Shown piece after piece: positions 32,650-47,600 of a DNA stretch of 64,000 nt. The position numbers and the translations under genes are program-made. Each line of letters opens with the position of its first letter. Positions within the stretch are counted from its first letter, which is position 1. Under the pieces are notes generated by a model, which saw only the letters and a program-made list of their open reading frames with translations, made no database searches and had not been told where the DNA came from. Origin of the DNA: Owenia fusiformis (Eukaryota); assembly GCA_903813345.2 (NCBI GenBank), contig CAIIXF020000001.1, positions 43,648,001-43,712,000 on the forward strand, given 5' to 3'.

Positions 32650-35600
32650 ATGTCAGCATTTTGTCGGTGTGGCGTTGTGCTTACTCTAGGGATTCTAGTA
32701 GCAGTTCTTGGTGTTGAAGGTAAGGCATGATTTTTATTTTTTGTAAAAAAATCGCTGATTTATATTTTCAGGCACCTTTCTCTCTTAGTCTTGTTTCTTT
32801 CAGATATATTCTAAATGTAGATTTAGAAAAATGTTTCTGTAATTCCTGAATTCGCAGTGATATATCTGGATTACTATGATAGGCTTTCACCCTACTCCAA
32901 ATCTATTGTTACGATTTGGAAATATCTGAAATTCAGGATACCCAAAATTCATGACAAAGATTTTATTTTTGACTCCCTAGCTTAGCAATAGGCTATTAAT
33001 ACTCTAAAAATACAATTTCCTAAGTAAAGGACTCAAGGATGGTATTTACTGTCACAAATATTTATATCTTTGACGACAGGCACCCATAAAGTTGATGATT
33101 CTTTAGACTCGGAGTCAATAATACGCTAAAGAATCGTTATGGTTGAAACTTACTCGAGTCTCTTGCCAATTCTTGGCTAGGCTAGAGGTAATTTCATCTG
33201 GAATACTATGAACTCCATTTGAAAAAAGCTGGCCGACGTGTCATAAATTTATTGAATATTTTAAAAATTGCCAGATAAATCATTATGATTAAAATGGGAT
33301 CGGCTCGGCTCATTGATGAGATATTGCATGATTTCGTCTAAAATTAAAACAAATGGCTTTAAGAAAAATGGCGATATTCGAAAACTGGTTAGCCATCCAG
33401 AAGATGTGAACTAATACTTTGATCACCTCATGTGTGTTTTGGAATTTTTGGTGAGGTAATGAGACCAAAACTCGCAATTCAAATTGTGATGTGGAAAAAT
33501 GGCGGACATTTGATTTCAAATTTTACGATTATGACATGACCCGTTATACATGCAGGAATTTATCTTTGGACGAAGGCCACGATACAGAGGCCTTAGAAGA
33601 AAGTAAGTTGAAACTGAAATACCTTCAAATGTTCCCTACATCTCAATTTCTCCATTTGTGAAAGTCTGTAAGTTATCTGCTGCTGATCAGGACTTCTTCT
33701 ATTGAGAAAGCAAAATGGTGGTTTTGATGGAAGTTCTGCAATTAAAGTTAACATCATTTGGTAGAAAATATCCACTTAAGGATAAGGGGAAGTCCTGATC
33801 GGCACAAAAGTAGATGGTTACTTACCGACTGTCACATTTACAAATGGAGAAGCAAGCAGCTAAATTCAGTATTTCTCAATGCTGTAGCGGGTGATGTTTT
33901 GAAATAGGAAAGTTATCTAGAATGTGGGGCAATGCACAATGATATTTGATTATACAGGTGTTTGTCATATGGTGTTTGCTATATACCTGGTACATGTGTA
34001 TTACTTGTATTTTTATAGTACATATGTCCTGCCAGATTCTTGTCCAAGATAACTGACTTTTGAAATGTCAAAGCTGGTAAAAATCAAATCATGTTTTTTT
34101 GCTAATATCTCAACTACAAGACCTCTACAAATGTACATTGATCTAAGTAGAAGATTTTTTCATTCTTAAATGGGAGCAGCACTTAAGTTTTGATGTGCAT
34201 TCTATGTGAAGTAAGGCACTTTATTGTTTTTAATCTTTAGTCAAATTCATAAAGAGGCAAATTTTTATTTAGTTCTATATATTTGTCTTTTAAAGCGTAA
34301 AAATTAAAGGCCCCTTAAAAGCACCGGTAGACAGGGTGGTATTAGTAGGCAGACATTGACATGTGGTACATCGTTATTAACACGTATTGTCCCATTCAAC
34401 ATCATGAATGACAAATTGTACCTGATAACCATGTAGCACATAAAAGCCCACCTGTTACTTCTCATAGTGAGAGAATTGTATCTCTTGTAAACATTCATTT
34501 TACTATGTAAATTATCAAACATTTATTTATGATCAGCTCAGGAACAATTATAATTGTTGTAATAATCTAACTGACATAATATTAATGGTTTTAATTACAT
34601 ATTGTACCTGCTAAATAGGTGACACTTCTTTTGTCTAATTTGTACAATATTTGACTTTTAAAGGAGTGTAAGAACAGCCCTTATTTCAGTCAAGTCAGGA
34701 TGGGTATAACTCTTTACATAATTTGATTGTCAAAGGATTTAATCGCTAATTTTACAGTATTCATCATTGAAATTGTCCCAAAGTTCCATTGCCAGTAGCT
34801 GACATGGGGGCTTTTTCAAAGTACATTGTAATTGAATTTATCAAGGGAAAATATTTGAAGAAGCATATAGATCCAGTTGTAATATTCATCACTACCGGTA
34901 AAATTTGGTATATCTTGGGATTTCTTTTATGCATATTAATACTAAGTGGATGAGATAAGCTCTGTAAAAATGATTAGCTGTAAAAGTTTGTGAGATAATA
35001 CTGGTAAGTAAATAATATGCAAAGTACCAATATCTCTACATTATGTTGTATCAGATAGTTACCTATGTATTACATCACATTATGAATCATGCAGCTAGTA
35101 ATCCTTACCAATATGTTATTGTAGTCTATTTGAGGATTTCCCCTATGTACTGTATAATTGATACAATATTCATGATATAGTAAATTAAGACATGTGGTAT
35201 ACATGCAGGGTATTGTCTAGAGAAAATAAACTGCTATAATGATAATCATATGCATCTTCGTTCACTCCGCTCCCGTTGGTCGATGAACGCAGTGAAGACC
35301 CGAGCGTGCGAAGATGGGTGATATGGGCATTGCCTTTAATTTTCTACCATGCCTCTGGAAATGTTGAAATTATATTCTCATGAAGTGCCAAGATAATAGA
35401 AAAATACCTCATCAACACTGAACAGAAGTTAGACAATGAAAAATCATGTCATTTTTAGAGGGAATAAGCATGAAGTTTTACCATAAGGCAAGAAACCTGA
35501 GATGTTTTTGATGTAGTCCATGTACCTTATTATTAAATACTATCTGACTATGGGGTATCTCAAATTATCACTGTAAACATGTATCTTTCAAAGAATTAAA

Positions 35601-38600
35601 CACTTTTGATTTTTGGCATGCCTTATTTGTAACTGTGATATGTAATTATATACTGTGTTTTCCAATTTCGGTTCAGTGAGTAAACTTCCTGGGTTCATAC
35701 CATTCATATATATACATTTTCATGATTCTTTTTGCCAACAAGGAAACCTTTTGTTGTCATTTACCTTTGTATTAGAATGACCATATCAACAGATGGCATG
35801 TTGAGAGAAATGTTCCTCTTTAGCACTGAACAGCACAGATTTGTGCTCATTGTATTGTTGACAGGTGGAACACTGGATTTATTGATTTCTCTGTTTTCCA
35901 TTACCAAGTTTAAGCTGGGAAGAGAACCATTTACAAATGAGAATGAATTTATTAATATCTGCTATATGGAGTGCTCTTTAAATCCATGGTAGTCATGAGA
36001 GCATATACTTCAAGTATAGCTCTTGATATTGAAATCATCATCATTGGATAAACCAAGAGTTTATTATTCATAGAAAGTAATAATCTGTCCATGAAGTACT
36101 AACAGTGAAACTTGTGATTGTACACTGCTCTCTCATATGGTCATTGTCCAAGGTTTAATTTTGTTCTGTTCACTCTCATCTGTCATGTTCAATAATCTTT
36201 AATTTGCAAGCATATAAGAGGGTTGCATCTGATGCACCAGTCTGATAGCTGATGTTCACATTGACAGATGTTACTGTAGAGTATTATATCATCATTCTTC
36301 TGGTCAACATCCTGCATATGGATTAAGGAATTTGGGTAAATTCACTGTTTCCTGCTTTGAAGACTATGTTACAATATAATAGTCACAGTTGATGATCGTA
36401 ATAGAGTTTATACATTATAATAATATTCCAGGTGAAGATGACCTAAACATCTTTACTGATCACATTGATCTGTGACATTAAGTTGGCAGTAGATTTGGCA
36501 GAAGTTGGTACATGTTGTGAGAAAACACAAAGGGAAAGATTTGAAAAGGTGTAACATACTAGAAAACACTGTTACTTAATATATATTGAAATTAAAGCTC
36601 TTGTCACCTCAAGTCCATCAGAACTTTTGGACCTTGTATCCATTATTTGTAAATTCAAAATAAAACAATAACAACCTTGCAGACTTCAGGACTTTGTATC
36701 AGTCTTAACATTATTATTTATCCAAAGTTCAAAACTACCATGTACTCTTATTACTCATATCCTTAAAGAAAATATTGAATAAAGTAATGAAAATAAGTTA
36801 CAGTGACCTGATAATTGATAAACCTGTGCGGTTAAGTACCCACGTACCAAAGGTGAACTTATTATATCCGATTGGTTACTTCTCCATGTCGTGTAAATAG
36901 CAATTCTAATGAAAGAGGAAGGAAATTGCAAATGCTAGGTATGAGGTTGGCGTCATCAATTGACAAAATAAAATTCAAACTCATCAACTTATATTGTGTT
37001 TGCAGAGACATTTTTATAATGTACCCAGAATAAGATATTGTTGTTTGGTGTATATCTGTTTCCTCTCAGCTCTCATAGACAAAATAATTTTTGAACGATT
37101 TTACATATAATAATCATATTGTGAGGTACAAAATTATAGTTTCCCTAAAAACTTCATAATTGTTTGATCAATGTACTCTTTAACCCACAGGGCTTTCATA
37201 AATGTAGAGCTTCTACCTAGGGAGGGATTGTATATTGGGTTTATCAAGAGGGAAGATATCACCATCCTGAATAGACAGGTTCCAATTCAAATAATTCAAG
37301 TTTTTGAGGCATTTTTTAGAAAAAGCAACAGACCTATTTTTACTCAATCAGTTTTTCATGCTGATAAAGATATTAAAAGATGACAGCTCAACGGGGTGGT
37401 CACGACACTGAATTTTGGCATTTTTACCCCCCTTGGAAAATATTCTAGGGGGTACTATGAAAATAGTTCATAACTCAAAAGATATATGAGCTATTGTTCT
37501 GAGTTGTACACCATACATTGCTAGTACAAATATGAATACTATCCTAAGGTTATAGGTTGATACCCTTATTGGTCTCAGAAAAATACAATAAACAGGAAAA
37601 GATTACGTAATTTTTGTCTTGCCACTTTATATTTGTAGCTTCAAGCAAAATATGACAGCTTTAACAGCTCATAGTAGTATTCTAAAAACATTTCCAAGCT
37701 ATTAGCGGTATTGTAATACATCTATTTTAGTTATGAAGTACTATTTTGTAATTTTAATATAACTTTATAGTGCCCTACCCCTGGAAAATTGAAGAAAGTG
37801 GATGTAGTGAATTTTATCATTTTGCAGCATTAAGTTAGAAACGTGTATTGATAGACACCAAATCACTAAATTCATACCATCATCAAATGTTAGGTTACAT
37901 TCTAATTCATTTATTACTAGAATACAGGACTTAAGATATTTTATATGTAAGTTTTCAATTTAGTACATTTATCATAATGAAATCTAGTGTAATCACATAC
38001 TAGAGAGGTTGGCATACAGTCTTGACATTGACATAAAGTCTAAACATTATAATCATCAATTGATCTCATTTGAGCAACTAGACTATGGTGGTCATCATGC
38101 TCAAGTAATGTACTACAGTGTCCCACGTTCTAGGTCACAAGTCATTTGAGCCATATATACCTCCTGGTGTATACCTTTGCAAAACATGGCAAAGGTTCCG
38201 TAAAACTGTTAGTTCTCATCATCTGACCATATAGCAGAGTCCTCATTAAGCCATGATGCAACACAGCCAGATGTTACAAATGTAGCTAAGAATCTTTTTT
38301 ATTAACCAAAGATGACTTTCCCACCGATGGTGCCTCACACTTGTATAACTTAGTATAACTTATTTATTATTATTTGGGAGAATTTGAACATTTCCCCCCT
38401 TTTATAACACTTTGAATTTTAAACAACATTAGGTATTGTGGATCTTTTGGGAGATATTATATTTGAGATTGTAAGAAATACATTGGTAGGTCAACTGTAC
38501 ATGTTGCTTTCAATTTTGTTTACTCTACATAGATCTGATTCTGCATTTAAATACCAAGACTTCAGTTTACTTCAACTGTCATGACTAAAGCATTTGATAG

Positions 38601-41600
38601 TATTTACATAATAATGTTATAAAGGAGCATGTAGGTTATCGCAAACAACTTCAGACAATTCTAACTTGAATTATGAATATTTTCTGACCATGAACATGGG
38701 TACATCTTTTAGATCTATTCATTATCTTCAAGAAAAGTAAATATAATGATTAATCAGACCTCCTAAGTGATATTAAAGGGAATGGCCCAATCAACATACT
38801 TTTTACTAAAAATTATTACCTAATTTTTACCAAAGATGCAACCTTTAATTATATTGTTGAATCCATAATTAGAATATGCTTTGAGACATGTTCTATTTCC
38901 TAAGAGGAAAAGTGGATTGCTCCAGGGACTTTAAAGACACTGAATTTTGATGACCAAAATGAACTAAAACCAATGGATAGCATGAATTTTTTCAAAGGGG
39001 AAATAACATGGGGAACACTAATCTTAGGGGAATTCAGTTTTCTTTTCAAGAGCTATTTGATACATTAAAATAAAGAATAGTAATGCATTAAACATTGTTA
39101 AAATTATTGCATTTTTGGTGAAAGACTGGTGAAAATGAGGTCAATAACTTTGAAAAAATATATTGATGGGTTGATTGCTAGTGAAATATATCCGAGTCCG
39201 ATTGACTTTATTATCCCTGTATACCTGTCTTCATCGTCAGAAAATAGTCATAATCAAAGATATAAATGTCTGAAATTGTTTGTGATAACTTACCTGAACC
39301 TTTCCAGTTCAAATCAGGAGTGACAAAATTATTTCCACCAAATTTTTGACAAATACGATAGTATTTTCTTCATATTAGATAGAGTGTCACTTTTGAAATT
39401 TATTGATTGACCTGAGATCGTATCATATCTTTATGACATAGAAGAGAAATAGCCATATTGAACTTTAATGAATGTTGTTTGCCACTTTTCGACAATTTCG
39501 TCAAAATTTGGGGGTTTTGGGATTCAGACTATCCTTAAATGAGCACTGATTCACCCGAGAGCATAACTTTTCCAAAACATGTAAGTGTTGTTTTTGGACC
39601 ACTCACATTGATGTTTTGTCTAATTTTCCCTCAGAGTTTCCTCATCATTGTCCAAATCTTAGGCCATATTTGTTGAGATATATGAATGTTCATTCTTAAA
39701 ATCTTGCCTTCCTTTGCAGTTGGAGAAGATTCGGCATTAGGTGTTATAAGTCCCAGAGCACGAAAAATAAAAAAATAACAACAAAATGACATAGAACTGA
39801 TAAACGTTTTCTCTTGTGCGTGTCAGCCATGGTCTACCAAATTAATTGCTATTCAGTAGGAAGAAACTCATTTTTCAGTTTCCATTTTAATTTCCTGACA
39901 AATAGAGCGATCATCCCAGGATTTTTTCTATGATCTATGTGTCGCCATAGCAACTTCTGTTTTAGAGAACAATAAAACAATAGAAAAGATTACTTTACCA
40001 TAATTTTAATCATCCCACATTGTAGACAAATTTAGAATTAAAAATATGAAGAGAATAAAAAAACCTCTTAAAACACATTTCTTAGGAAACAAATAGTGTG
40101 GTATTCTTGTTACCATGGCAACAGAGTGTATTCTTTTTGTCATTTTTGTCATACAGATTACCTATCATACCAGGACCAAATCCTGAAAATTTGAATTCAG
40201 TATCTTCATTAGTATCTTAGATATATAGGTTTCTTATAGTATCCCCTGCTGCCATCTGAGTATAAGGAAAATGCTCTGAAGAGGGATGCCCAAGGATGCC
40301 ACTTAACAGTTCTGGTATTTTTGAGGTCCCAACCCTCTATTCATGGGAATAGTTAACCATTGTAAAGTTACTCATGGTTAACTGACAGAATTGATTGTAT
40401 CTTCAACTAAGAAGTCAATAAAACTTTAAAACCAGAAGAAAACCACACCAACTTTCTTCTATTTACCAGGGGTAGGGCACTGTAAAGTCATATTAAAATT
40501 ATAAAACAGTACTTCATCACTATAATAGATGTATTACAATATCACACAAAGTTTGGGAATGTTGTTAGAATACTACTTTGAGCTGTTTAAGTTATCATAT
40601 TTTGCTTGAAGCTACAAATATAAAGTAAGCAAGAAAAAAATGGCGAAAATTGCATATTTTTTTCTAATTAATTGTATTTTTCCGAAACCAACAAAGATAT
40701 CAACCTATAACTTTAGGATAGTATTCATCTCTGTACTAACAATGTATGCTGTACAACTCAGAACAATAGTTTATATATCCTTTGAGTTATGAACTAATAT
40801 TATAGTACCCCCTAAAATAATTTCCTAGGGGGGTAAAAACGCTAAAATTCAGTGTTGTGACCACCCCGTTGAGCTGTCATCTTTTAATATCTTTATCAGC
40901 ATGAAAAACTGATCCAGAAAAAATAGGTCTGTTGCTTTTTCTAAAAAATGCCTCAAAAACCCTTTCCCTTGAGATATTCTGAAATTGGAACCTGTCTAGA
41001 AGGATAAACCCAATATACAAACATGACCAGGGGTTGAAGTTTTTATACCATGATAATTCATAAACAAATGACGAAATTACGAGATGAAACACAGTATAAG
41101 TTAGGATAAAATTCTGCGAGGGATGAAAAATAATATTTCTGAACATATCTGGGATGTGTTAAAAGTGTTCAAATTAAAATGTGTTCTTATTAGAGAAAAT
41201 CTTTTTGTAAAGGTTTTCACAACATGTCGACCATTAGAAAAGTGTTCATACTATTAGAGAGGTTTTACTGTGTTTTTTATATGTGGAAACATTCTTATCT
41301 ATGTCATACTTTTTACTTTTGCTTGCTAGTACCAGTACCGATTTCTATAGTAGATTTTTATTTTATTTTAGATAATTCATAATTCAACTTTTTCAATAAT
41401 ATATTTCTAGGTATCAACCATGCACCCAAGATCATAGCACTTGATGATGAGCACAGAGACGTGAGAGCTTTCCATGGTATTATAAAAGAGAATGAAAAAA
41501 TAGTAGACCTTTCTCCAGAACTACAAGCTTCAGACTATGACAGTGGACGTGATGGTATGTAATATTTTTAATCCTCTGTTTGGTTAAGTGAAGGTCATCG

Positions 41601-44600
41601 CCTAATTATCTTCGTAGATTTGTCAATATTTCTAAATAATGTTCAGTTTTTAATTTTTGTAAACATCTTTCAATATCTCATTGTCTATGATGTATGATAT
41701 GCAGTGATCTGCAGTGAATTTTTTCACCTTGGCACAGTGCCTGGTGAAAGGGTTTGGGGAGATCATAGATATGAATGTATTAAATCAGATTTATCATAAA
41801 TAAAAAAGCTTGATAAATTTCTGAACTTGAAACCCAAAACTCCCTGACTGGTTCAGAGCAATAGTTCTGTTCAGTGTTAGACCGCTCACACAGCTTTAAT
41901 CAACAGTATAATAAATGATAAGTAGGGTGACATTTTGAAGTTCATACATTTGAGCTCCCTGTTGCCCTAGTGCCATATTCTGGCCTTATCGATCCTGAAG
42001 AATGTTATTGACTGAACTTGTTAATCTCGCTACTCGTCTATGCAGCAGTTAAGACTATTCTTATACTTTATAACGTCTATCTCAAAATGATTTCATGTAA
42101 AATTAATGCCCTGTATATTGTCTTTGCAATCTAAGATATTTCCACAAGCTATTGCAAACCACTTTCGTCTGTGTAGGCACTATGATGAAAGTAATATATG
42201 TCATGATTTATGACATTTATCTAAAAAGGACCATTGTGGTTGCTATATAAAGAATTGTTAATGTTAGATCAATGAAAACTCAAAATGTTCTTGGGATATT
42301 AGTCGATTGAAAAGGAGTATACTGGTATATATTTTCAATGCACTGATAAGTAATTCAGCATAGAGAGTTTTTCTTCAATTTTTATGTCATAATCAAGAAG
42401 TGGTGATATATTATTATTGTCTGGATAGCTTGGGGCATGATTCAACATACGGTCAGTTATGATCTACATATGCTCACAGTTCATGACTCATGGTTCTGGG
42501 GGAGGACCCATTCTGATACTTATTGCATTTCTCATTTCTCACAACTTACAAGAGTGAAATTGCTTTGTAAATTCGCTATTGGTATACCATGTTGGAAAGA
42601 GTCTATGATTTGAGAAGAGATGGCATGGTTTCGTTAAATAAAGCATTACGTGTTACAGATGGTTATAATCAATCAGTTTTAACAAACAATTTTACATTCA
42701 TCTTAAAAATAACAACACTGTATAGTACATCCTGTACATCCTTCATAATGTATACTTCAAATTGATTGTAGATCCTTGTGTAGTATGACAGATCTAGTAT
42801 TGTTATTAAATTCTTCTATTTATTAAGATGTTATTGAAAAAAATATCTATGCATTACTTATGATCAAGGTTACTTGGAAGACATATGTATGTTATTGGCT
42901 TGCATTGTGAGAAAAATTTCCTACAGAAATGTCTACTCAGCTGTCCTTCTGTTCATCTGTTAACAATTTTCAGACAAATGAAAACTCATCTCAACTATTC
43001 ATTTTTCATTTATTGTATTGGTCATAATCAAAAGTTGGTCCATTTTGTAATTTACCCTATTGCTCCCGCATCTTATGTGTCATTTCGGAACAATCGGATA
43101 ATCACCAAACTAGCCTATCGAATTGTTATTGTTACCCTGTGATCTGTCTATTTCTATAATGATAAAGTAAAAAATCAAAATGATTAACATAAAACATTTC
43201 TCATGTTCTGGTGTATCTGTTGAAAAATCAGCAACAAGCTGTTAGACTTAACTGCAGAATTACAGAAGGAGATTTGTAAATAGGCTTTTGTCATTGCTAA
43301 ATTATTTATCAGTTTTAGATTAAATTATCTTATGATGTATTATGGTACGGTTATGGAAATGGCGTAAAATTATATCACCTGTAAGAACTTTAGACCTATT
43401 TATTGAAAGCCATTTCCTGTTTTACTGTTGAAACTTGAGAACAAAGCATTTGCTAGATGTATAAAGATTAATCAGAAATAGGATATATCGTGGTAAAAAT
43501 TATCTCAATCCCTCATATAAATCTTTCAAGTGACATCATGTCATGAATTACATATTAATAATTAATGATGTTTTTCTCTAAACTAAAGCGAGAGTAGAGA
43601 TTTTTCATAATTCTCTCACTTGGCTGCCTTAGATACTATTTTGAAGTTGAGAGTAGAGATTTCTCATAAGTCTCTCACTTGGCTGCCTTAGATACAATTT
43701 TGAAGTTGAGAGTAGAGATTTTTCATAATTCTCTCACTTGGCTCCCTTAGATACTAGTTCAAAGTTAAACTGAGATATCAATTGAGTTTGTTATTTGATT
43801 TATATTTTCTGTTTATTCCAGGAGAAATCTGTGGATACAAAATTATCAGATCCCACAAAGGTTCACTTCCTTTCACTATAGAAGTAACAGACATTGATAC
43901 AGGAGCTGCAGTTATCAAAGTTAAAGATGGACAAACTCTTAATTTCGAAAAAAGGAGGAAGTACAAGTTTGAAATTGCTGCCTATGATTGCGGCAGTCCC
44001 GGACTGTCATCTGAACCACAGTAAGTATTGATTTTGGAGGATTGTTAAAGGCAGAGTATGTGTATAGTCTAGTATATTGTCTATTGTTTCAACAGGCGTG
44101 ACATAATAGTGAGTCGCAATGATATACAATGAATTCAGGATATTATTTTAGTAACATTCTGATATGCTAGAAGAAACATCAAACTGCAAATCCATAAAAA
44201 ACATCCCATTTGCCTTCCATTTGTTTGGAGATCAATGTTCAGGATATAGAAAAAACTTTAACATGCAATTCTAAAGCAGTAGTTATAGTTTCAAGAGAAG
44301 CAGAACAGGTGATGATATTGTTATAATCAGATATGTTATCTTTGATTTTAACCAGGTTCATGGTCACGGTCCACGGTCCACATGTTTGTTATGTTAGCAG
44401 CAAGTCCCTGGAAGAATCAGCGAGATAATATTTGCATCTTACCTAATTGCATTCTAACCTGACATTTATCTTGTGGAGAAAAACATAAAAGCATGAAGTT
44501 GCCCTGTTTGACATATCAAGCCAAGCTCTCATCACCTGATTAACCATTGCGCTAATGGAGTAAAACAGGATATATGCAATCTTGCATATTTGAGCAGTAA

Positions 44601-47600
44601 TATTAATAGAAGGTTTTTTATTATTTAATTTAGTAATTTACTGGCAAGTGACAGACTAAGTTCTCATTGTTACTATAGAACATTTAGAAAGTCAAGATAG
44701 GCAATAGTGATTAATCTCATACAAACAATTTATTAATCAATCTGAAATGGGTGGTTTTAAGGAATATTGAACTCTTGACAAGCCAGACTTGAAGTAGATG
44801 AAGACTAGGTCAATATTGTTTTTTCAACATCGACCAAAATATAAAAATTGCATTTCAGATTGACCCCTCCTGAAAAGATATTTGAACATTCCTTTTGTTT
44901 TTCAATAGTTCCTAACAAATATACACCACCTCCTCGTTTAAATGTTATTATTAAATTTCAGTAAACAAGAGTGTGCATTAAGTAAGACTATATTATCTCA
45001 TCCATCAAGGTCATTTCATAAATTCATATTTTTCATTTCTAATAGAATAGTGATTTTATTTACATCTCTTTTATTAGCCTCTGGGAATAGTCATAAATAA
45101 CAAATCTATTGAAGCGTGTCAGGAACATTGGTCTTGCTGTAAACCAATTTAGCAAGATTAAAGCACTTTGCTATTGAACACTTTAATAGATATCTGCAAT
45201 TCTAGCAGTTGCGTCAGTCAGTCAGCGTTGTAATCATAACCCCTGACTTGTTAATTGTAACACTTTAGACACTCTGTTTAATCATAGCATTCCGTGATGA
45301 ATTTCCAGTTTCAGGTAGCGTTTATGACACTCATTACATCTTCAAGTACTTCTGTTTCTTGTCTAATTGAAAGATCTGGGGTTTCCTTGTTCTGTGTTAT
45401 ACACGGATGTTTTCTGCTGAGCCGTAGATATTGTTAATGCTGCTATACTTTTGAGAATATGGGGGAGTAATTCGTGTTATTGGGTCATTACTTCTAACAT
45501 GTATCATCTGTGAACAACTCTGAAGTGAACATCTCAAGTAATGAACACATAAATGTTTCAGTTTCTTTATGTTCTATCAACTCCTACATTATAGAACTGT
45601 TAAACTTGACACCTCTCAATATGAACATTTAGGTGGCCATAACATTATTTTTACTTTATGGTTCATATCTTGTGTCTTATATGTGGTCTCCTCCCTAAAG
45701 TGAGGAAGGAAACAAGTTGACTGTGTATGAGGCGAGAGAGGGGGGGGGGGGGGGTACTTGATTAAAATTGGTTATTTTATTATAGCTAGTAATGCATTTT
45801 TTATTTTCAACCTCCACATGCAGAGGTCTAGAGATCATTCACTTTGTTTCTTTTCTCTTTTGTTCACAGGATGCAATTGAAACTCCAAGTATATGTGCTG
45901 TAGGGTCTGTAGATAGAGATGGCTCATCTGAGTTATGTCTAAACAGATGTGTTTATATTTTGTGCAAGAGTTTGTGAATTTGAGATGGATTGTTGTTTAT
46001 GAGAGTGATGCAATGACATTCTGTTTAAACAATCATTCTCTTCTGTTAGTCATCTCAAATGATATCTGTAACTACCATAAGGCTGTTCTTGATTCTTTTG
46101 GTCATTCATTTTGTTTCTATGGGCCAGTCATCCTGATCCATCAAGGTATTTCGTAAAATTATCTCTGAATGAATACACTGGCAGAATAACAGTATGTGGC
46201 ATTTACAGTCTTACATGATCTTATACAATATGGTTTGTATGTTGTTCTAGATAGATAGGATATAGCAGGAGAATACTAGATAAGCTGACTCTTGCTGTCA
46301 GAATGTTACATCAGTTTAGCTAGTTACCTATCTCCTCAGTCTGTTCATGTAGAGTTGGTTACTTTATCTGTTCTGGTATCTCTCCTACCAAGTTGTGAGG
46401 AATGAACCATACATTGTCTTTCATTCAGTGTATATTTCTATACCATTTAACCTAGTATTTTCAGCCTTGGCATTACCTGGGATTTGTATGAATTATTCCC
46501 AGGCGATTCTAGGTGAGGAAAAGTAAACCTCTCTCTTTCCCAAGAGCTGAGCTGTCTACATTTTTAGATAAGGAATAATTCTATGATTTAGCCAATGTGA
46601 AATCAGATCAACATATCCTTCAAAACAGTTACATCAATCTGTATTTGTCAGAGGATGATGTATTTAGCTGATTGGGATGCAGTGTAATAAATCTAGAGAC
46701 TTTCTACCTGGTTGAAATCGTTCATATTGTAAAACTCATATAACTTAAGATACCAGTTGTTCTTATGTACAGGGTGTCCCGAAAGTATGGGCCCCCCCCT
46801 AGGCAGACATATTCCACTGTCCTCATAGTATGTGTCATATATCATTTTAAAGCTTGTCCAAAGTTACATTGATTTGCCAAGTATCGTGGTTTAACTCCCA
46901 AATGGGAAAAAGTTGCAGTCCTTTTAAAAGTTAGTGTTTTGTCAAAATTAAGTTCAATTTTACACCACATTACTAGTCAATGTATCCCCCCTTGGCCATG
47001 TTAACAGCGGCAATTATTTTCAGATATGACCTTAAAAGTCCTTCAAATAGGAGTGTGGAACTTTATAACCCTCTTAAAACCTGTTAAGGGACTTTAGAAG
47101 AGTTTCCTTAGAGTTTCTACCCTCACCGTTCTCTTTTTCCAACTCAATATCCATCCGACCCGAAAAGAATTGCTGCTGTTAAGATGGCCCGGGAGGACAC
47201 ACTGACTAGTGATTTGGTGTAAAATTGAACTTAATTTTGACCAAACACTAAATTTTGAAATGCCTGTAATTTTTTCACATTTGAGAATTGAACCATGATA
47301 CTTGGTGAATCAATGTAACTTTGCATAAGCTTTAAAATGATATATGACACATACTATGACGACACTGGTACATCTCTGCCTAGGGGGGCCCCATACTTTG
47401 GGGACACCCTGTACATGCACAGTTGTACATATATGAATGTTTAGGGTCAAAATAATGTAATGATTCTTATTTAATGATTCTTGATTCTTTATTTAATGAT
47501 TCATTTGTTATATCAAATAATATACTTTTATAATTCCCGTTCATTCTTAATTAGTAAAGCTTTCGCTTTCTTCGCCCACAGAGACATATGGTCATGGTGA

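Noticed and set aside
39720..39740. Possible 21-nt phase-1 calsyntenin micro-exon (VGEDSAL) after a good acceptor
   Set aside because: The donor GTGTTA is weak, it lies in repeat-like intronic DNA, and the gene model does not need it.
45739..45754. Poly-G run as a G-quadruplex element
   Set aside because: Isolated intronic homopolymer with no supporting context.
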